Below, piece after piece: positions 29,595 to 38,839 of a stretch of DNA of 57,152 nucleotides (the first letter of the stretch is position 1; every line of letters starts with the position of its first letter). The translations under genes and the position numbers were made by a program. This stretch comes from Minisyncoccia bacterium. GTDB taxonomy: Bacteria > Patescibacteriota > Minisyncoccia > Phycocordibacterales > DATDWN01. The stretch covers positions 1-57,152 of the forward strand of contig JBAQUS010000006.1 of assembly GCA_049297675.1 (NCBI GenBank), given 5' to 3'. The notes beneath the pieces were generated by a model, which had not been told where the DNA came from, did not search any database, and was given only the letters and a program-made list of their open reading frames with translations.

Positions 29595-30176
29595 CTACAG
29601 GTGACTTTCCATTATAGCTTTGTTTATCAATCCAACTAGCGTTACTCTTTTTTCAAATGTATCCTTGATAATCTCTTCTCCCCAATCAACACCAAAAAAT
29701 TTATCTATATTTTGCTGATAAACCACATAGCCTAGCTCTTTCATAATTCTTAATACCAAAAGTGTCTCCACCGATTGCAAATCATTTTCTCCTTTAACTT
29801 TTTTCAATACATTGAAACCTCCGTTCACTATGTTGAAAATCTCTCTATGCGGAGACTCCCCTGTTATCATTTTTAAAAGAATCAAAGACACTTGTGCTAA
29901 AATTCTTCTTGACTCTTTTGGATATTCAGAAAAGGAAAATTCCTTTCCATCAACATTAGTGATTCTCCAAGTATTTCTACCCTTTATAAGGGAAACATTT
30001 AAAACACAATACTCTTCCAAAAAGTTTCTGAGTTTTGATAATAAAAGTCTAGAAGATTTTACAGAAGCAAATATGAGACCAAAATTCTCAGTCAAAATAT
30101 ATAAGACTTGATCCGCTTCACCAAAATTCATTGTCTTAAGAATTATTCCTTTTGTAGTATAGATATGATAAGACAT
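29595..30176 (-). CDS. recO: DNA repair protein RecO (short)
   Basis: 193 aa with an N-terminal OB-fold pattern, KGIILKTMNFGEADQVLYILTENFG. Confidence 0.8.
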   Translation of the reverse strand: MSYHIYTTKGIILKTMNFGEADQVLYILTENFGLIFASVKSSRLLLSKLRNFLEEYCVLNVSLIKGRNTWRITNVDGKEFSFSEYPKESRRILAQVSLILLKMITGESPHREIFNIVNGGFNVLKKVKGENDLQSVETLLVLRIMKELGYVVYQQNIDKFFGVDWGEEIIKDTFEKRVTLVGLINKAIMESHL

Positions 30177-30221
30177 GATCTAGAATTACGATATAAGGTG
30201 TACGAATTAAATATCTAACAC

Positions 30222-33200
30222 TTATTTTATATTAATAGTAATAGAGACTTTTGAGTCACTGACTCCAAACTCGTGTTTTTGGGGAACATCTGCGAAAGTA
30301 ATTTTTTGGGTTTGTGTTGGGATTTTTATCATATTATCAAATAAATTTATTATTTTTTCGATATTTTCATTAGCATTTACCACAAGCTCTATCCCTTGAC
30401 TTGGGTTAAGTCCTTCATTTTTTCGAGCATCTTGTATACCACGAATAAAATCCCTGGCAATTCCCTCCTCTTTCAAATCCTCTGTTATGTTTGTATCTAA
30501 CCAAACAAGAGCTTCAATATTTTCATCAAAAACAACTTCCTTAACATTTATCTCATCCTTGATTATGTTCACTAATTCTTCCTCAAATTTTGATTTTTGA
30601 TTTTTGATTTTTAAACTTTTTAACGGTTGCCTAACTTTGTGTCCTGACTTCTGTCTTAACTCCAGTGCTTTTGTGACAATCTCTCTTACTACTATCATAT
30701 CTTCCAAAACTTTTGTGTCTACCTCTCCCGCTTTTGGCCAATCCTCCAAATGCACGCTCTTTTTCTCCCCTCCCACCTTTTTATAAATCTCCTCTGCTAA
30801 AAAAGGGGTAAAGGGAGCAATAAGTTTTGAAAATTCAAGTAAGACTAATCTCAGGTAGTGAGAGGCAGCTAAACTGACTTTTTGATCATTGGATTTCAAC
30901 CTTTCTCTTGAGCGTCTTACATACCACGTAGAAAGATCATCAACAAAGTCTAAGATCGGTCTGGAGGCCTTATCAAGTTCATATTTATCTAGATGATTTG
31001 TTATATTTATTGCAAGTTCATTTAGACGAGTATTTATCCATCTATCTAGAATTGTTTCCTTTAATTGAGACTCCTCTATCGCTGGATACATTTCGTAAAG
31101 TGAAAGTATGTTGTGAACCTTCAAAACAAGTTTTTTTGAAACTTCGTCCACTCCTTTTTCTGAAAAGTTAAAGTCCTCTGCTTTGACAAGCGGAGATGAA
31201 ACAAGATAAAACCTCAAAACATCTGCACCATATTTATCTATTACTTCCATAAGGTCCGGATAATTCTTCAAACTTTTGCTCATTTTCCTGCCATCCTCAG
31301 CCAATACTAATCCATTTACCAATACGTGTTTGTAAGGACTTTTATCAAATAATCCAACCGATAATACTAGAAGTGTATAAAACCATCCTCTAGTTTGATC
31401 CAAACCCTCAGCAATAAAATCTGCTGGAAAAAATGAACTATTCTCTTTATCGAATTCCTCCTCGTTCTCAAGTGGGTAGTTTTGCTGTGCAAAAGGCATT
31501 GAACCCGAGTCATACCATGTATCAAAAACTTCTGGCACTCGTTTAAGTTCTCTCTTTCCATCGCTATCCATTACAACTATCTCATCGATGTACGGCCTAT
31601 GTAAATCTAGCTCATAGTTTTCATTGTGTGGAATCGGAACAAAATCAAATTCTAGTAAACTTCCTGTATCATAGTTTGAATTATCAATTAAGTATTTTGA
31701 TCTCTTACTATCAGCTCCCTCTATAACCGCTTCTAAAACCTCATGTCCAATTCCATGTGTCACAACCAAAATGGTTTGGTTTTTATGTTTGCTATCTATA
31801 TCGTATAAAAACTCTCCAAATCTTTTTTTAGAATCTAAATAGCTTTCTCCGTTTGGTACTGGAGTTTCATATTCTTTCATGTATTTTTCCTCATAATCCA
31901 AGAAATCTTGGAACTTCTTTCCTTGAAAATCACCAAATCCATACTCTGCTATTCTTTCATCAAAAATTATTTTTTCACTTTCCAAACCAATTTTATTAGC
32001 AATTATCTCTGCCGACTCTTTTGTTCTTAAAAATGGCGAAGAGTATATGGCACCAATATTAATATTAGAAAACTTTTCTGAAATTTCGGCAATTTCTTTC
32101 TTACCTCTTTCAGTCAGATGAATACTGTCCTCCACCTTAGCACTAACGACTCCACTTAGGTTACTTTCTGCCTGACCATGTCTCAAAATAATAAAATGGT
32201 TCTTGTTACTTTTGATTCTTTCTTTGAGTTCATTTATGCTCCCACAAACAAATCTTTCGCCTGTTTGTTCTTTGGAAACACCGTCATAAGGAGTTTCCCA
32301 AACTGGTATAGGTGCACCCCAATATCTAGAACGTGAAATATTCCAGTCCCTTGCCCCTTCAAGCCACTTGCCAAATCTACCTTCACCTATTTCTTTTGGG
32401 GTCCAAGAAATATTTTTATTAATTTCAACTAACCTATCTTTAATTTTTGTCACATTAATAAACCATGAAGTAGTAGCGTAGTTTAGAAGCGGGGTATTAC
32501 ATCTCCAGCAATGTGGATATGAATGAACTATTTTTTCCTTTGCAAACAAAACATCCTTTTTAGCTAAGTATTTTATTATTTCTACATCAGCCTTTTGATG
32601 ATCTTCTTTTGGTTTTACTTTTTGTCCTGCAAAGTCAACCACTTCGCTTTTGAATGTCCCATCTCTATTTACATGCTGAACAAATGGCAAATTATTTTCT
32701 CTTCCTAAATTCATATCGTCTTCTCCAAATGCGGGTGCAATATGTACCACTCCAGTTCCGCTATCTATTGTAACAAAATTGCCATCATATACTTTCCATC
32801 CATTTTTCCTATTGGGAAAATCCACATTTTGATAGCAGTCAAAGACTGGCTTGTATGATTTTCCTAGTATTTCTTTTGGGTCAACACTCCTTATTATTTT
32901 CCCTCCAGTTTTAAAAACGAATGGTAATCTTTCTTTTGCTACAATATATTTATTACCTTCAACCTCACCTTCAACTTCTACATATTCAACTTTTGAGTTT
33001 ATAGCCAAGGCTACGTTTCCTGGAAGGGTCCATGGTGTAGTAGTCCAAGCAATGAGATATGTTTTGGGTGAATCGACTAATTCAAACTCCACATAAACCG
33101 AAATGTCAGTAATATCCCTATAACCCTGATTGACTTCAAAATTTGAAAGTGTCGTCTCGCAATGTGGACAGAACATCATTGATCTGAAATCCTGATGAAC

Positions 33201-33722
33201 CAAACCCTTCTTATCGAGTTTTTTAAAAGACCACCAAACAGACTGTGTATAGCTTGGCTGCATGGTTAGATAACTATTCTCCATATCCACCCATCTTCCC
33301 GATCGAGGTATTATTTTTTTCCACTCGTCAGCATAACGCAAAACCGCATTTCGTGAAGCTAAGTTAAACTTCTCCACACCATATTCTTCAATGTCTTTTT
33401 TACTCTTCAGTCCTAACTCCTTCTCCACAAGATTTTCAATGGGTAATCCATGACAATCCCACCCCCATCTTCTTAGCACTCTCTTTCCCTTCATAGTCTG
33501 ATATCTAGGAATAATGTCTTTTATCGTCCCGGGCAAGATATGTCCATAATGCGGAAATCCGGTGGCAAATGGTGGTCCATCAAAGAACACAAAATTCCCA
33601 TTTGGTGCATCTTTATCTAAGGTTTTCTGGAAAATCTGATTCTTATTCCAAAAATCCAGAACCTCTTCCTCTTTTTTAGCTATCTCTGACTTATTATTTT
33701 TTAAATTTTCCTCATTTGACAT
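30222..33722 (-). CDS. ileS: isoleucyl-tRNA synthetase carrying an internal histidine-phosphatase (PGAM-like) domain
   Basis: GFPHYGHIL (HIGH), KMSKS and WCISRQ-like WNISRSRYWG motifs. A ~190-aa RHG-phosphatase domain is inserted between ...GSINELKERIK and ELDLHRPYIDE. The start is set at MSNEENL, although the ORF is open 11 codons further upstream. Confidence 0.95.
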   Translation of the reverse strand: MSNEENLKNNKSEIAKKEEEVLDFWNKNQIFQKTLDKDAPNGNFVFFDGPPFATGFPHYGHILPGTIKDIIPRYQTMKGKRVLRRWGWDCHGLPIENLVEKELGLKSKKDIEEYGVEKFNLASRNAVLRYADEWKKIIPRSGRWVDMENSYLTMQPSYTQSVWWSFKKLDKKGLVHQDFRSMMFCPHCETTLSNFEVNQGYRDITDISVYVEFELVDSPKTYLIAWTTTPWTLPGNVALAINSKVEYVEVEGEVEGNKYIVAKERLPFVFKTGGKIIRSVDPKEILGKSYKPVFDCYQNVDFPNRKNGWKVYDGNFVTIDSGTGVVHIAPAFGEDDMNLGRENNLPFVQHVNRDGTFKSEVVDFAGQKVKPKEDHQKADVEIIKYLAKKDVLFAKEKIVHSYPHCWRCNTPLLNYATTSWFINVTKIKDRLVEINKNISWTPKEIGEGRFGKWLEGARDWNISRSRYWGAPIPVWETPYDGVSKEQTGERFVCGSINELKERIKSNKNHFIILRHGQAESNLSGVVSAKVEDSIHLTERGKKEIAEISEKFSNINIGAIYSSPFLRTKESAEIIANKIGLESEKIIFDERIAEYGFGDFQGKKFQDFLDYEEKYMKEYETPVPNGESYLDSKKRFGEFLYDIDSKHKNQTILVVTHGIGHEVLEAVIEGADSKRSKYLIDNSNYDTGSLLEFDFVPIPHNENYELDLHRPYIDEIVVMDSDGKRELKRVPEVFDTWYDSGSMPFAQQNYPLENEEEFDKENSSFFPADFIAEGLDQTRGWFYTLLVLSVGLFDKSPYKHVLVNGLVLAEDGRKMSKSLKNYPDLMEVIDKYGADVLRFYLVSSPLVKAEDFNFSEKGVDEVSKKLVLKVHNILSLYEMYPAIEESQLKETILDRWINTRLNELAINITNHLDKYELDKASRPILDFVDDLSTWYVRRSRERLKSNDQKVSLAASHYLRLVLLEFSKLIAPFTPFLAEEIYKKVGGEKKSVHLEDWPKAGEVDTKVLEDMIVVREIVTKALELRQKSGHKVRQPLKSLKIKNQKSKFEEELVNIIKDEINVKEVVFDENIEALVWLDTNITEDLKEEGIARDFIRGIQDARKNEGLNPSQGIELVVNANENIEKIINLFDNMIKIPTQTQKITFADVPQKHEFGVSDSKVSITINIK

Positions 33723-33884
33723 AACTTTTTTTATAAACTTATGTTGTGCACGCAAGATCGGAAAAGATCACCATACTAGGTTTTGTCCTTGTGGGGACTT
33801 TTCTTATATTATAATTTACCAATCAAATCATTCATAAATATTCTTATTCTTAAATTCTCAAGAATTTTGGAATTATAGTTTTCT

Positions 33885-34125
33885 TGTATTAAAAATCGTC
33901 CTCACCAAACAAGCTTTACTTATTTTGCAAGGACGATTTTCAAACCGTGGTACCACCTTGGTTTATCCTGCGTAGCCTTTTTGAACTGCGAAGTTTTAAC
34001 GTAGCAGTTGGCGAAGCAGGAACTCTTACAGCTATAACGGGCTTGCCCGTCGGGGTCTACGGCAACAATGCTTTCTTCCCGAGACTTGGGATTGATAGTC
34101 CCTCAAACGTCTTTAAGAAACAATA
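33885..34125 (-). promoter_or_regulatory. T-box leader (tRNA-sensing riboswitch) upstream of ileS
   Basis: The reverse strand has the F-box-like CCGTTA, then the T-box sequence AACCAAGGTGGTACCACGG (33960-33942), which overlaps the terminator stem GAAAATCGTCCT...AGGACGATTTTT followed by a T-run. Confidence 0.8.
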
Positions 34126-34134
34126 ATAACACAT

Positions 34135-35856
34135 TTACATTTTTTCTGGAACTTTAATAGCAAGAAGACTTAGCCCATCAGTCATAACCTGAGCAAAAGC
34201 CTTAGTTATGTAAAGCTTGTAAGACGATACTGGATCATTTTCGTCTATTATTTTCCCACTTGCATAAAAACTATTAAACTCCCCGGCTAACTCTGTCAAA
34301 TATGTCACTAAGTAGTGTGGAGCATATTCCCTACCCGCTTTCTCTACCACAGAGAAAAATCTCTCTAAATATCTCTCCAGATTTGTTGTCTTCCAATTCT
34401 CAGGTACTTCGGCTACTGCCTCAGTATCTCCAGCACCATTAGTGCTTTCGACTTTTTTCAAAATTGAATTTGCGCGAACTGCAGAATACTGAAGATACGG
34501 TCCGGAGTCACCCTCAAATGAAATAGACTTTTCAAAATCAAAGACAATGTCTCCTCCTATAGCCTGACGAAGTATTGAGTACTTTATTGCACCTATCGCC
34601 ACAATCTCTGCCAACTCCTCAATGTCAAGGGTGCCCCTTGGCATTTCGTCCCTATTTTTCATCTTATCTAAAACTTTGGTTTTTACTTGATCAATTAAAT
34701 CTTCTGCAGAAATGATTGTGCCTGTTCGAGATGACATTTTTCCACTTGGAAGTTTTAGAATACCATGAGAGAGATGATGGAGCTTCCTTTTAAGTTCTGG
34801 AAACACTTCTCCAATAGCTACTTCGACTACCTTGAAAAATGAATCCTGTTCATTTGCTGTAACTGTTATCGATTTGTCATAGTCAAACCAATCTTTCTTT
34901 ATTTGAGCCAAGCCTAACTCTTTTGCCTCGTATGTCGGCAATCCTTCGGAGTTCAGAAATACTCTTGTATGAGTTTTTGGCTCAAAATTCTCACCTTTAA
35001 AAATTATTGGCACTCTTTTTATCCCGTTAGAAACAGACTCTTCCTTAGAGTCGCCGTTTCGCACGGGATCGCCCTTTTCAAAAATACGACCAATATTTTC
35101 TCTGACTAATTCCTGCCCGATTTCGCCACTTTCACTTTCAAAAAAATGGAAGTCGAAATGACTATCAAGTCTTTTATAAAGAGCCTCAAAACCCTCAAGT
35201 GATTTTTGCCTACCATCTTCGTAAATCTCACTAATTTCTGGATCTGATTCCTCGTATATTTTTTTATTGATTTCTAGTATTTCAACTTTAGCTTTCTCAT
35301 TTTCCTCGAACTCTTTATAACCAAAAGCATAAGCTACCTCTAAATTCTTGCCTGCTTTTATTGCCCAAACTGCCATAGCAATGTGAAGACCAACATCTCC
35401 GTGATACGAGGCTACTTGTATTTCTGCACCATTTGCTTTTAGAATTCTCGAAACAGATTCTCCAATGCAGTTACCCATAAGATGTCCTATATGAAATTCT
35501 TTAAATGGATTCGGTTGTGAGTGCTCAAAAAATATCTTTTGGCCCTTAAAAATTTTTCCTTCAAATTTCTTACCTATTTCATCCTTAAAATAATTTGCAT
35601 CAAAAAAGAAGTTCAAAAATCCCGGTCTAGCTATATTTATAGCCGTTTGTGGAAGACGGTCTTCCACAAATTGGGATTTTATATTTTCGGCGAGGTCGAG
35701 GGGTTTTTTACCAAGCTCTTTTGCATACACCATGGCAACATTTGTTGAATAATCCCCCATTTCAATATGAGTTGGATAATCCAAAACAACCTTAGGATCT
35801 TTTACTCCTGACTCTTTTAGAATTTCAATTATTTTTTGTATTATTTCTTCTTTCAT
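34135..35856 (-). CDS. argS: arginyl-tRNA synthetase
   Basis: SQPNPFKEFHIGHL (HIGH) and a C-terminal DALR anticodon-binding region. The start is placed at MKEEIIQ, abutting the repeat element. The gene contains an in-frame 49-nt repeat copy. Confidence 0.95.
   Translation of the reverse strand: MKEEIIQKIIEILKESGVKDPKVVLDYPTHIEMGDYSTNVAMVYAKELGKKPLDLAENIKSQFVEDRLPQTAINIARPGFLNFFFDANYFKDEIGKKFEGKIFKGQKIFFEHSQPNPFKEFHIGHLMGNCIGESVSRILKANGAEIQVASYHGDVGLHIAMAVWAIKAGKNLEVAYAFGYKEFEENEKAKVEILEINKKIYEESDPEISEIYEDGRQKSLEGFEALYKRLDSHFDFHFFESESGEIGQELVRENIGRIFEKGDPVRNGDSKEESVSNGIKRVPIIFKGENFEPKTHTRVFLNSEGLPTYEAKELGLAQIKKDWFDYDKSITVTANEQDSFFKVVEVAIGEVFPELKRKLHHLSHGILKLPSGKMSSRTGTIISAEDLIDQVKTKVLDKMKNRDEMPRGTLDIEELAEIVAIGAIKYSILRQAIGGDIVFDFEKSISFEGDSGPYLQYSAVRANSILKKVESTNGAGDTEAVAEVPENWKTTNLERYLERFFSVVEKAGREYAPHYLVTYLTELAGEFNSFYASGKIIDENDPVSSYKLYITKAFAQVMTDGLSLLAIKVPEKM
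35031..35079. repeat. CCCGTTAGA-family mini element (49 nt) in frame inside argS
   Basis: ATCCCGTTAGAAACAGACTCTTCCTTAGAGTCGCCGTTTCGCACGGGAT is translated as DPVRNGDSKEESVSNGI. Same architecture as the spacer copy at 3450-3497. Confidence 0.75.
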
Positions 35857-35973
35857 CCCGTTAGAGATAGGAAACATTAGTTTCCGTAATTAATTTGGCT
35901 ATATAATTTAAATTACTAATATTAAGAATATACATCTTTTTTTAAAAAACAACTGGGTGATCTCTAACGGGAT
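35855..35973 (-). repeat. CCCGTTAGA-family element (119 nt) ending on the argS start codon
   Basis: Reverse strand reads ATCCCGTTAGAGATCACC...AATTAATTACGGAAACTAATGTTTCCTATCTCTAACGGGAT followed by G, with ATGAA on both flanks. Confidence 0.85.
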
Positions 35974-35985
35974 TCATAATTTAAT

Positions 35986-36252
35986 TCATGGTGACCTGTA
36001 TATATCCTTGCGATAACCTATTGCAAATAATACTATCTCTTGATTCTGTAGACGAAAAATACCACGATATACACGCGTTATTCTAAAGGAAAAAACTTTA
36101 TCGTCTACAAAGCCTTTTAACTTTTTAGTATGGAGTTTCGAATCATACATATCTTTTATCAATAGTTTTTCTTGTGATATAAGTAAGATTTTATCTTTTT
36201 TGGACAAAGAACTAGAACTTTTTTTATAATTCTTTGTCTTAAGAAGAATCAT
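35986..36252 (-). CDS. RelE/ParE-family type II toxin
   Basis: 88 aa with KKLKGF...FSFRITRVYRGIF......VLFAIGYRKDIY, directly downstream of a small antitoxin-like ORF. Confidence 0.7.
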   Translation of the reverse strand: MILLKTKNYKKSSSSLSKKDKILLISQEKLLIKDMYDSKLHTKKLKGFVDDKVFSFRITRVYRGIFRLQNQEIVLFAIGYRKDIYRSP

Positions 36253-36256
36253 GAAT

Positions 36257-36484
36257 TTAAAATTCTTTTAGAGAAGACTTGTATGCAGAAAGGATTTCAT
36301 TTTTATTTACATAGATGTCTAAACTTTCAGTTGGTGTCTTAGATATAGTAATGCTTTGATTTATTACAAACTGACGCAGGGATGCATTCACCACGTCAGT
36401 CAAAGATAAACCCAACTCTTTTGCTAAACTTTGAGCCTGTCTTTTCAAATCCTTTTTAGTTTTGATTAAAAATGTTGTATCCAT
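36257..36484 (-). CDS. RelB/DinJ-family antitoxin
   Basis: 75 aa with an RHH-like N-terminus, IKTKKDLKRQAQSLAKELGLSLTDVVNASLRQFV. A 4-nt gap separates it from the toxin gene. Confidence 0.65.
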   Translation of the reverse strand: MDTTFLIKTKKDLKRQAQSLAKELGLSLTDVVNASLRQFVINQSITISKTPTESLDIYVNKNEILSAYKSSLKEF

Positions 36485-36516
36485 ATACTAAAGTATATAT
36501 AAACGGATAATTGATG

Positions 36517-36930
36517 TCAAGCTAAATTCACATTCTTGTTTATTATTTCCTCCGCTTCACTGACATTATTATACCTAAATAATCTCACGTTGGGATTACC
36601 CTCAATCATTCCTGAGAGACTTTTTCCTTCCTCTGGTTTATAAAGACAAATAATTGGTATTCCTTTTGATTCAGCATAAGCAATCTCATAACCAACACCC
36701 AAACTCGGTGTTGAAACCTCCGCTACTACTATGTCACTCATATCTATTAGACCAACATCCCGCTTGTAAATCTCACTAGTTGGAAGACTGCTCCCTTTAT
36801 ATGTCAAAGTTGAATCCCCAACAAACTCTGTCAAAACTTCTCCTTGTTTTTTTAATAAACCAATGATGGAGTGATAAATCTCTTGATGCTCCCAACCCCC
36901 TCGTATTGACCCTGAAAAATAGATTTTCAT
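36517..36930 (-). CDS. DNPH1/Rcl-like 2'-deoxynucleoside 5'-phosphate N-hydrolase (nucleoside 2-deoxyribosyltransferase superfamily)
   Basis: 137 aa with MKIYFSGSIRGG...VLTEFV...DIVVAEVSTPSLGVGYEIAYA, which is collinear with the Rcl/DNPH1 signature (FCGSIRGG...VVAEVTQPSLGVGYELG). Confidence 0.75.
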   Translation of the reverse strand: MKIYFSGSIRGGWEHQEIYHSIIGLLKKQGEVLTEFVGDSTLTYKGSSLPTSEIYKRDVGLIDMSDIVVAEVSTPSLGVGYEIAYAESKGIPIICLYKPEEGKSLSGMIEGNPNVRLFRYNNVSEAEEIINKNVNLA

Positions 36931-36932
36931 AT

Positions 36933-37280
36933 TTATCTATTGTCACCATCTCCTCTTAATACACCACGTTCTTTTCTTGAGTTTAATTTTTCCATATTTG
37001 CCTTAGCAACTTCTTCGAGACTAAGTCCCAGATCATGCGACAAAACAGCCAAATACCACATAACATCTCCTAGCTCAAGTTTTATTGACTCTTTTCTCTC
37101 ATCAGTTATTCCTCCATCACCATCATCACCTCGGAGCCATTTTTTGATTTTACCCATTACTTCTCCCACCTCATCACCTAATCCAAATGCTGGATAAATA
37201 ATATTGTACTTTGGTGGATTAACCCTAAGTGGAACAGCCCATTTTTGATATTCGTTTAATTGCATAATTTTTATTTTCAT
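36933..37280 (-). CDS. MazG-like all-alpha nucleoside triphosphate pyrophosphohydrolase
   Basis: 115 aa with GLGDEVGEV...KLELGDVMWYLAVLSHDLGLSLEEVAKANMEKLNSRKERG. Confidence 0.8.
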   Translation of the reverse strand: MKIKIMQLNEYQKWAVPLRVNPPKYNIIYPAFGLGDEVGEVMGKIKKWLRGDDGDGGITDERKESIKLELGDVMWYLAVLSHDLGLSLEEVAKANMEKLNSRKERGVLRGDGDNR

Positions 37281-37398
37281 CCCATTAGAGATAGGAAATC
37301 AAAGATTTCCGTAATTAATTGATAAATTTGTATATAACCACATTACTCTAGCATTATTACATGATCTCGAAAATGAATTTTTTGATCTCTAACGGGAT
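37279..37398 (-). repeat. CCCGTTAGA-family element (120 nt) between glyA and the mazG-like gene
   Basis: Reverse strand reads ATCCCGTTAGAGATCAAAAAA...AATTAATTACGGAAATCTTTGATTTCCTATCTCTAATGGGAT followed by G. The 5' repeat contains the glyA stop codon, and the 3' repeat supplies the AT of the mazG-like ATG. Confidence 0.85.
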
Positions 37399-38582
37399 AA
37401 ACTTCTTAAGATTTTATCAATCTTTCGAGCAATATTCACAAAATCTTTTTCCTTTTTTCCTCTGGTGGTTTCAGCCGGAGAGCCGAGCCGTATTCCAGAT
37501 GGATCCATTGATGAACGTTTCTCACCTGGAATGGTGTTTTTGTTTACGATTATGCCAGCTTTCTCAAGCCTATCACTAGCCTCTTTTCCGGAAATTCCCT
37601 TCGCATCCATCCAAGTATCGACCAAAATGAGATGGGAGTCAGTCCCACCAGATACCACTCGCCAGCCTAATCTGGATAACTCATTGGCAAGAGCTTTAGC
37701 ATTTTTGATTACCTGCTTGGCATATTTTTTAAAGGCAGGACTGTCGGCTTCTTTTAAAGCCACTGCCACAGCCGCTATTTGATTTAAATGTGGACCTCCC
37801 TGAAGTCCGGGAAAAACTGCTCTGTCTATTTTTTTAGCTATTTCTCTATTTGGTTCTCTCTCGTCAATTTTGGAGAATATCATGGCAGAGCGAGGACCAC
37901 GAAGTGTTTTATGAACTGTTGTTGTAACAACATCAGCATATTTGAAAGGACTGTCATATACTCCACCCGCAACCAAGCCTGCAAAGTGTGACATATCTAC
38001 CATAAGAATTGCCCTGCAAGAATCTGCAATTTCTCTGAATTTCTTGAAATCAACTTTTCTTGGATAAGCTGTAAAACCGCAAACAATAATATTCGGTTTC
38101 TCACTTTCTGCAATTTTTTTCAGTTCTGGATAATTTATTACTTCTGTTTTTGCATCAACTCCAAAAGGCACTTGTATCCAAGCTTTACCTGTCATTGAAA
38201 CTTTGAAACCGTGAGTTAAATGGCCCCCATCTTGCAAATTCATTCCCATAATTTTCCCGCCAAGCGGTACTAGCCCCAAATAAACTGCCAAATTTGCCGG
38301 GGAGCCAGAAAGTGGTTGAACATTTACATGCCACTTATCTTTTGAGAGTTTGAAAAGTTTAAGAGCCCGAGTTTTTGCGAGATTCTCAATTTTGTCGACA
38401 ATTTCGTTTCCACCGTAGTACCGGGCTCCCGGATACCCCTCTGCATATTTATTTGTCAGCTCCGACCCAAGTGCCTCTAAAACATCTTTTGATACAAAAT
38501 TTTCCGAGGCAATAAGATTTATGACACCTTTCTGTCTTTTTTTCTCCTCATCTATTAGTTTTTTGATTTCCTTGTCTTTCAT
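37389..38582 (-). CDS. glyA: serine hydroxymethyltransferase
   Basis: 397 aa with NLIASENFVS, the PLP-lysine context TTTVHKTLRGPR and GIRLGSPAETTRG. Confidence 0.95.
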   Translation of the reverse strand: MKDKEIKKLIDEEKKRQKGVINLIASENFVSKDVLEALGSELTNKYAEGYPGARYYGGNEIVDKIENLAKTRALKLFKLSKDKWHVNVQPLSGSPANLAVYLGLVPLGGKIMGMNLQDGGHLTHGFKVSMTGKAWIQVPFGVDAKTEVINYPELKKIAESEKPNIIVCGFTAYPRKVDFKKFREIADSCRAILMVDMSHFAGLVAGGVYDSPFKYADVVTTTVHKTLRGPRSAMIFSKIDEREPNREIAKKIDRAVFPGLQGGPHLNQIAAVAVALKEADSPAFKKYAKQVIKNAKALANELSRLGWRVVSGGTDSHLILVDTWMDAKGISGKEASDRLEKAGIIVNKNTIPGEKRSSMDPSGIRLGSPAETTRGKKEKDFVNIARKIDKILRSLSR

Positions 38583-38839
38583 CCCGTTAGAGATAGGAAA
38601 CCTCTCAAGCGATTCTTGAGATAACGTTTACCCATACCAGTTTTTAAATATATCTCTCTTATTCTAGCATCATGATCATCCAAGCATGCTTCATAATATA
38701 TCACTTCGAATGGTTTATCTCTTCTGGTAAAGGTTGATTTCCCTTCGTTATGTTGCTTGAGACGTTTCCGAAGGTCATTTGTACTACCTGTGTACAATCT
38801 ACCATTTTTCTTACTTTTTAATATGTAGGTGTATATCAT
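38579..38839 (-). CDS. GIY-YIG domain nuclease (small YhbQ/COG2827-like type)
   Basis: 86 aa with IYTYILKSKKNGRLYTGSTNDLRKRLKQHNEG...YYEA....A..RE..LK. The stop TGA overlaps the glyA ATG (ATGA). Confidence 0.85.
   Translation of the reverse strand: MIYTYILKSKKNGRLYTGSTNDLRKRLKQHNEGKSTFTRRDKPFEVIYYEACLDDHDARIREIYLKTGMGKRYLKNRLRGFLSLTG

Noticed and set aside
33723-33755. Upstream in-frame ATG extending ileS by 11 codons (MRAQHKFIKKV-)
   Set aside because: IleRS homology starts at MSNEENL..., and the extension would begin inside the leader. It is kept as an alternative only.
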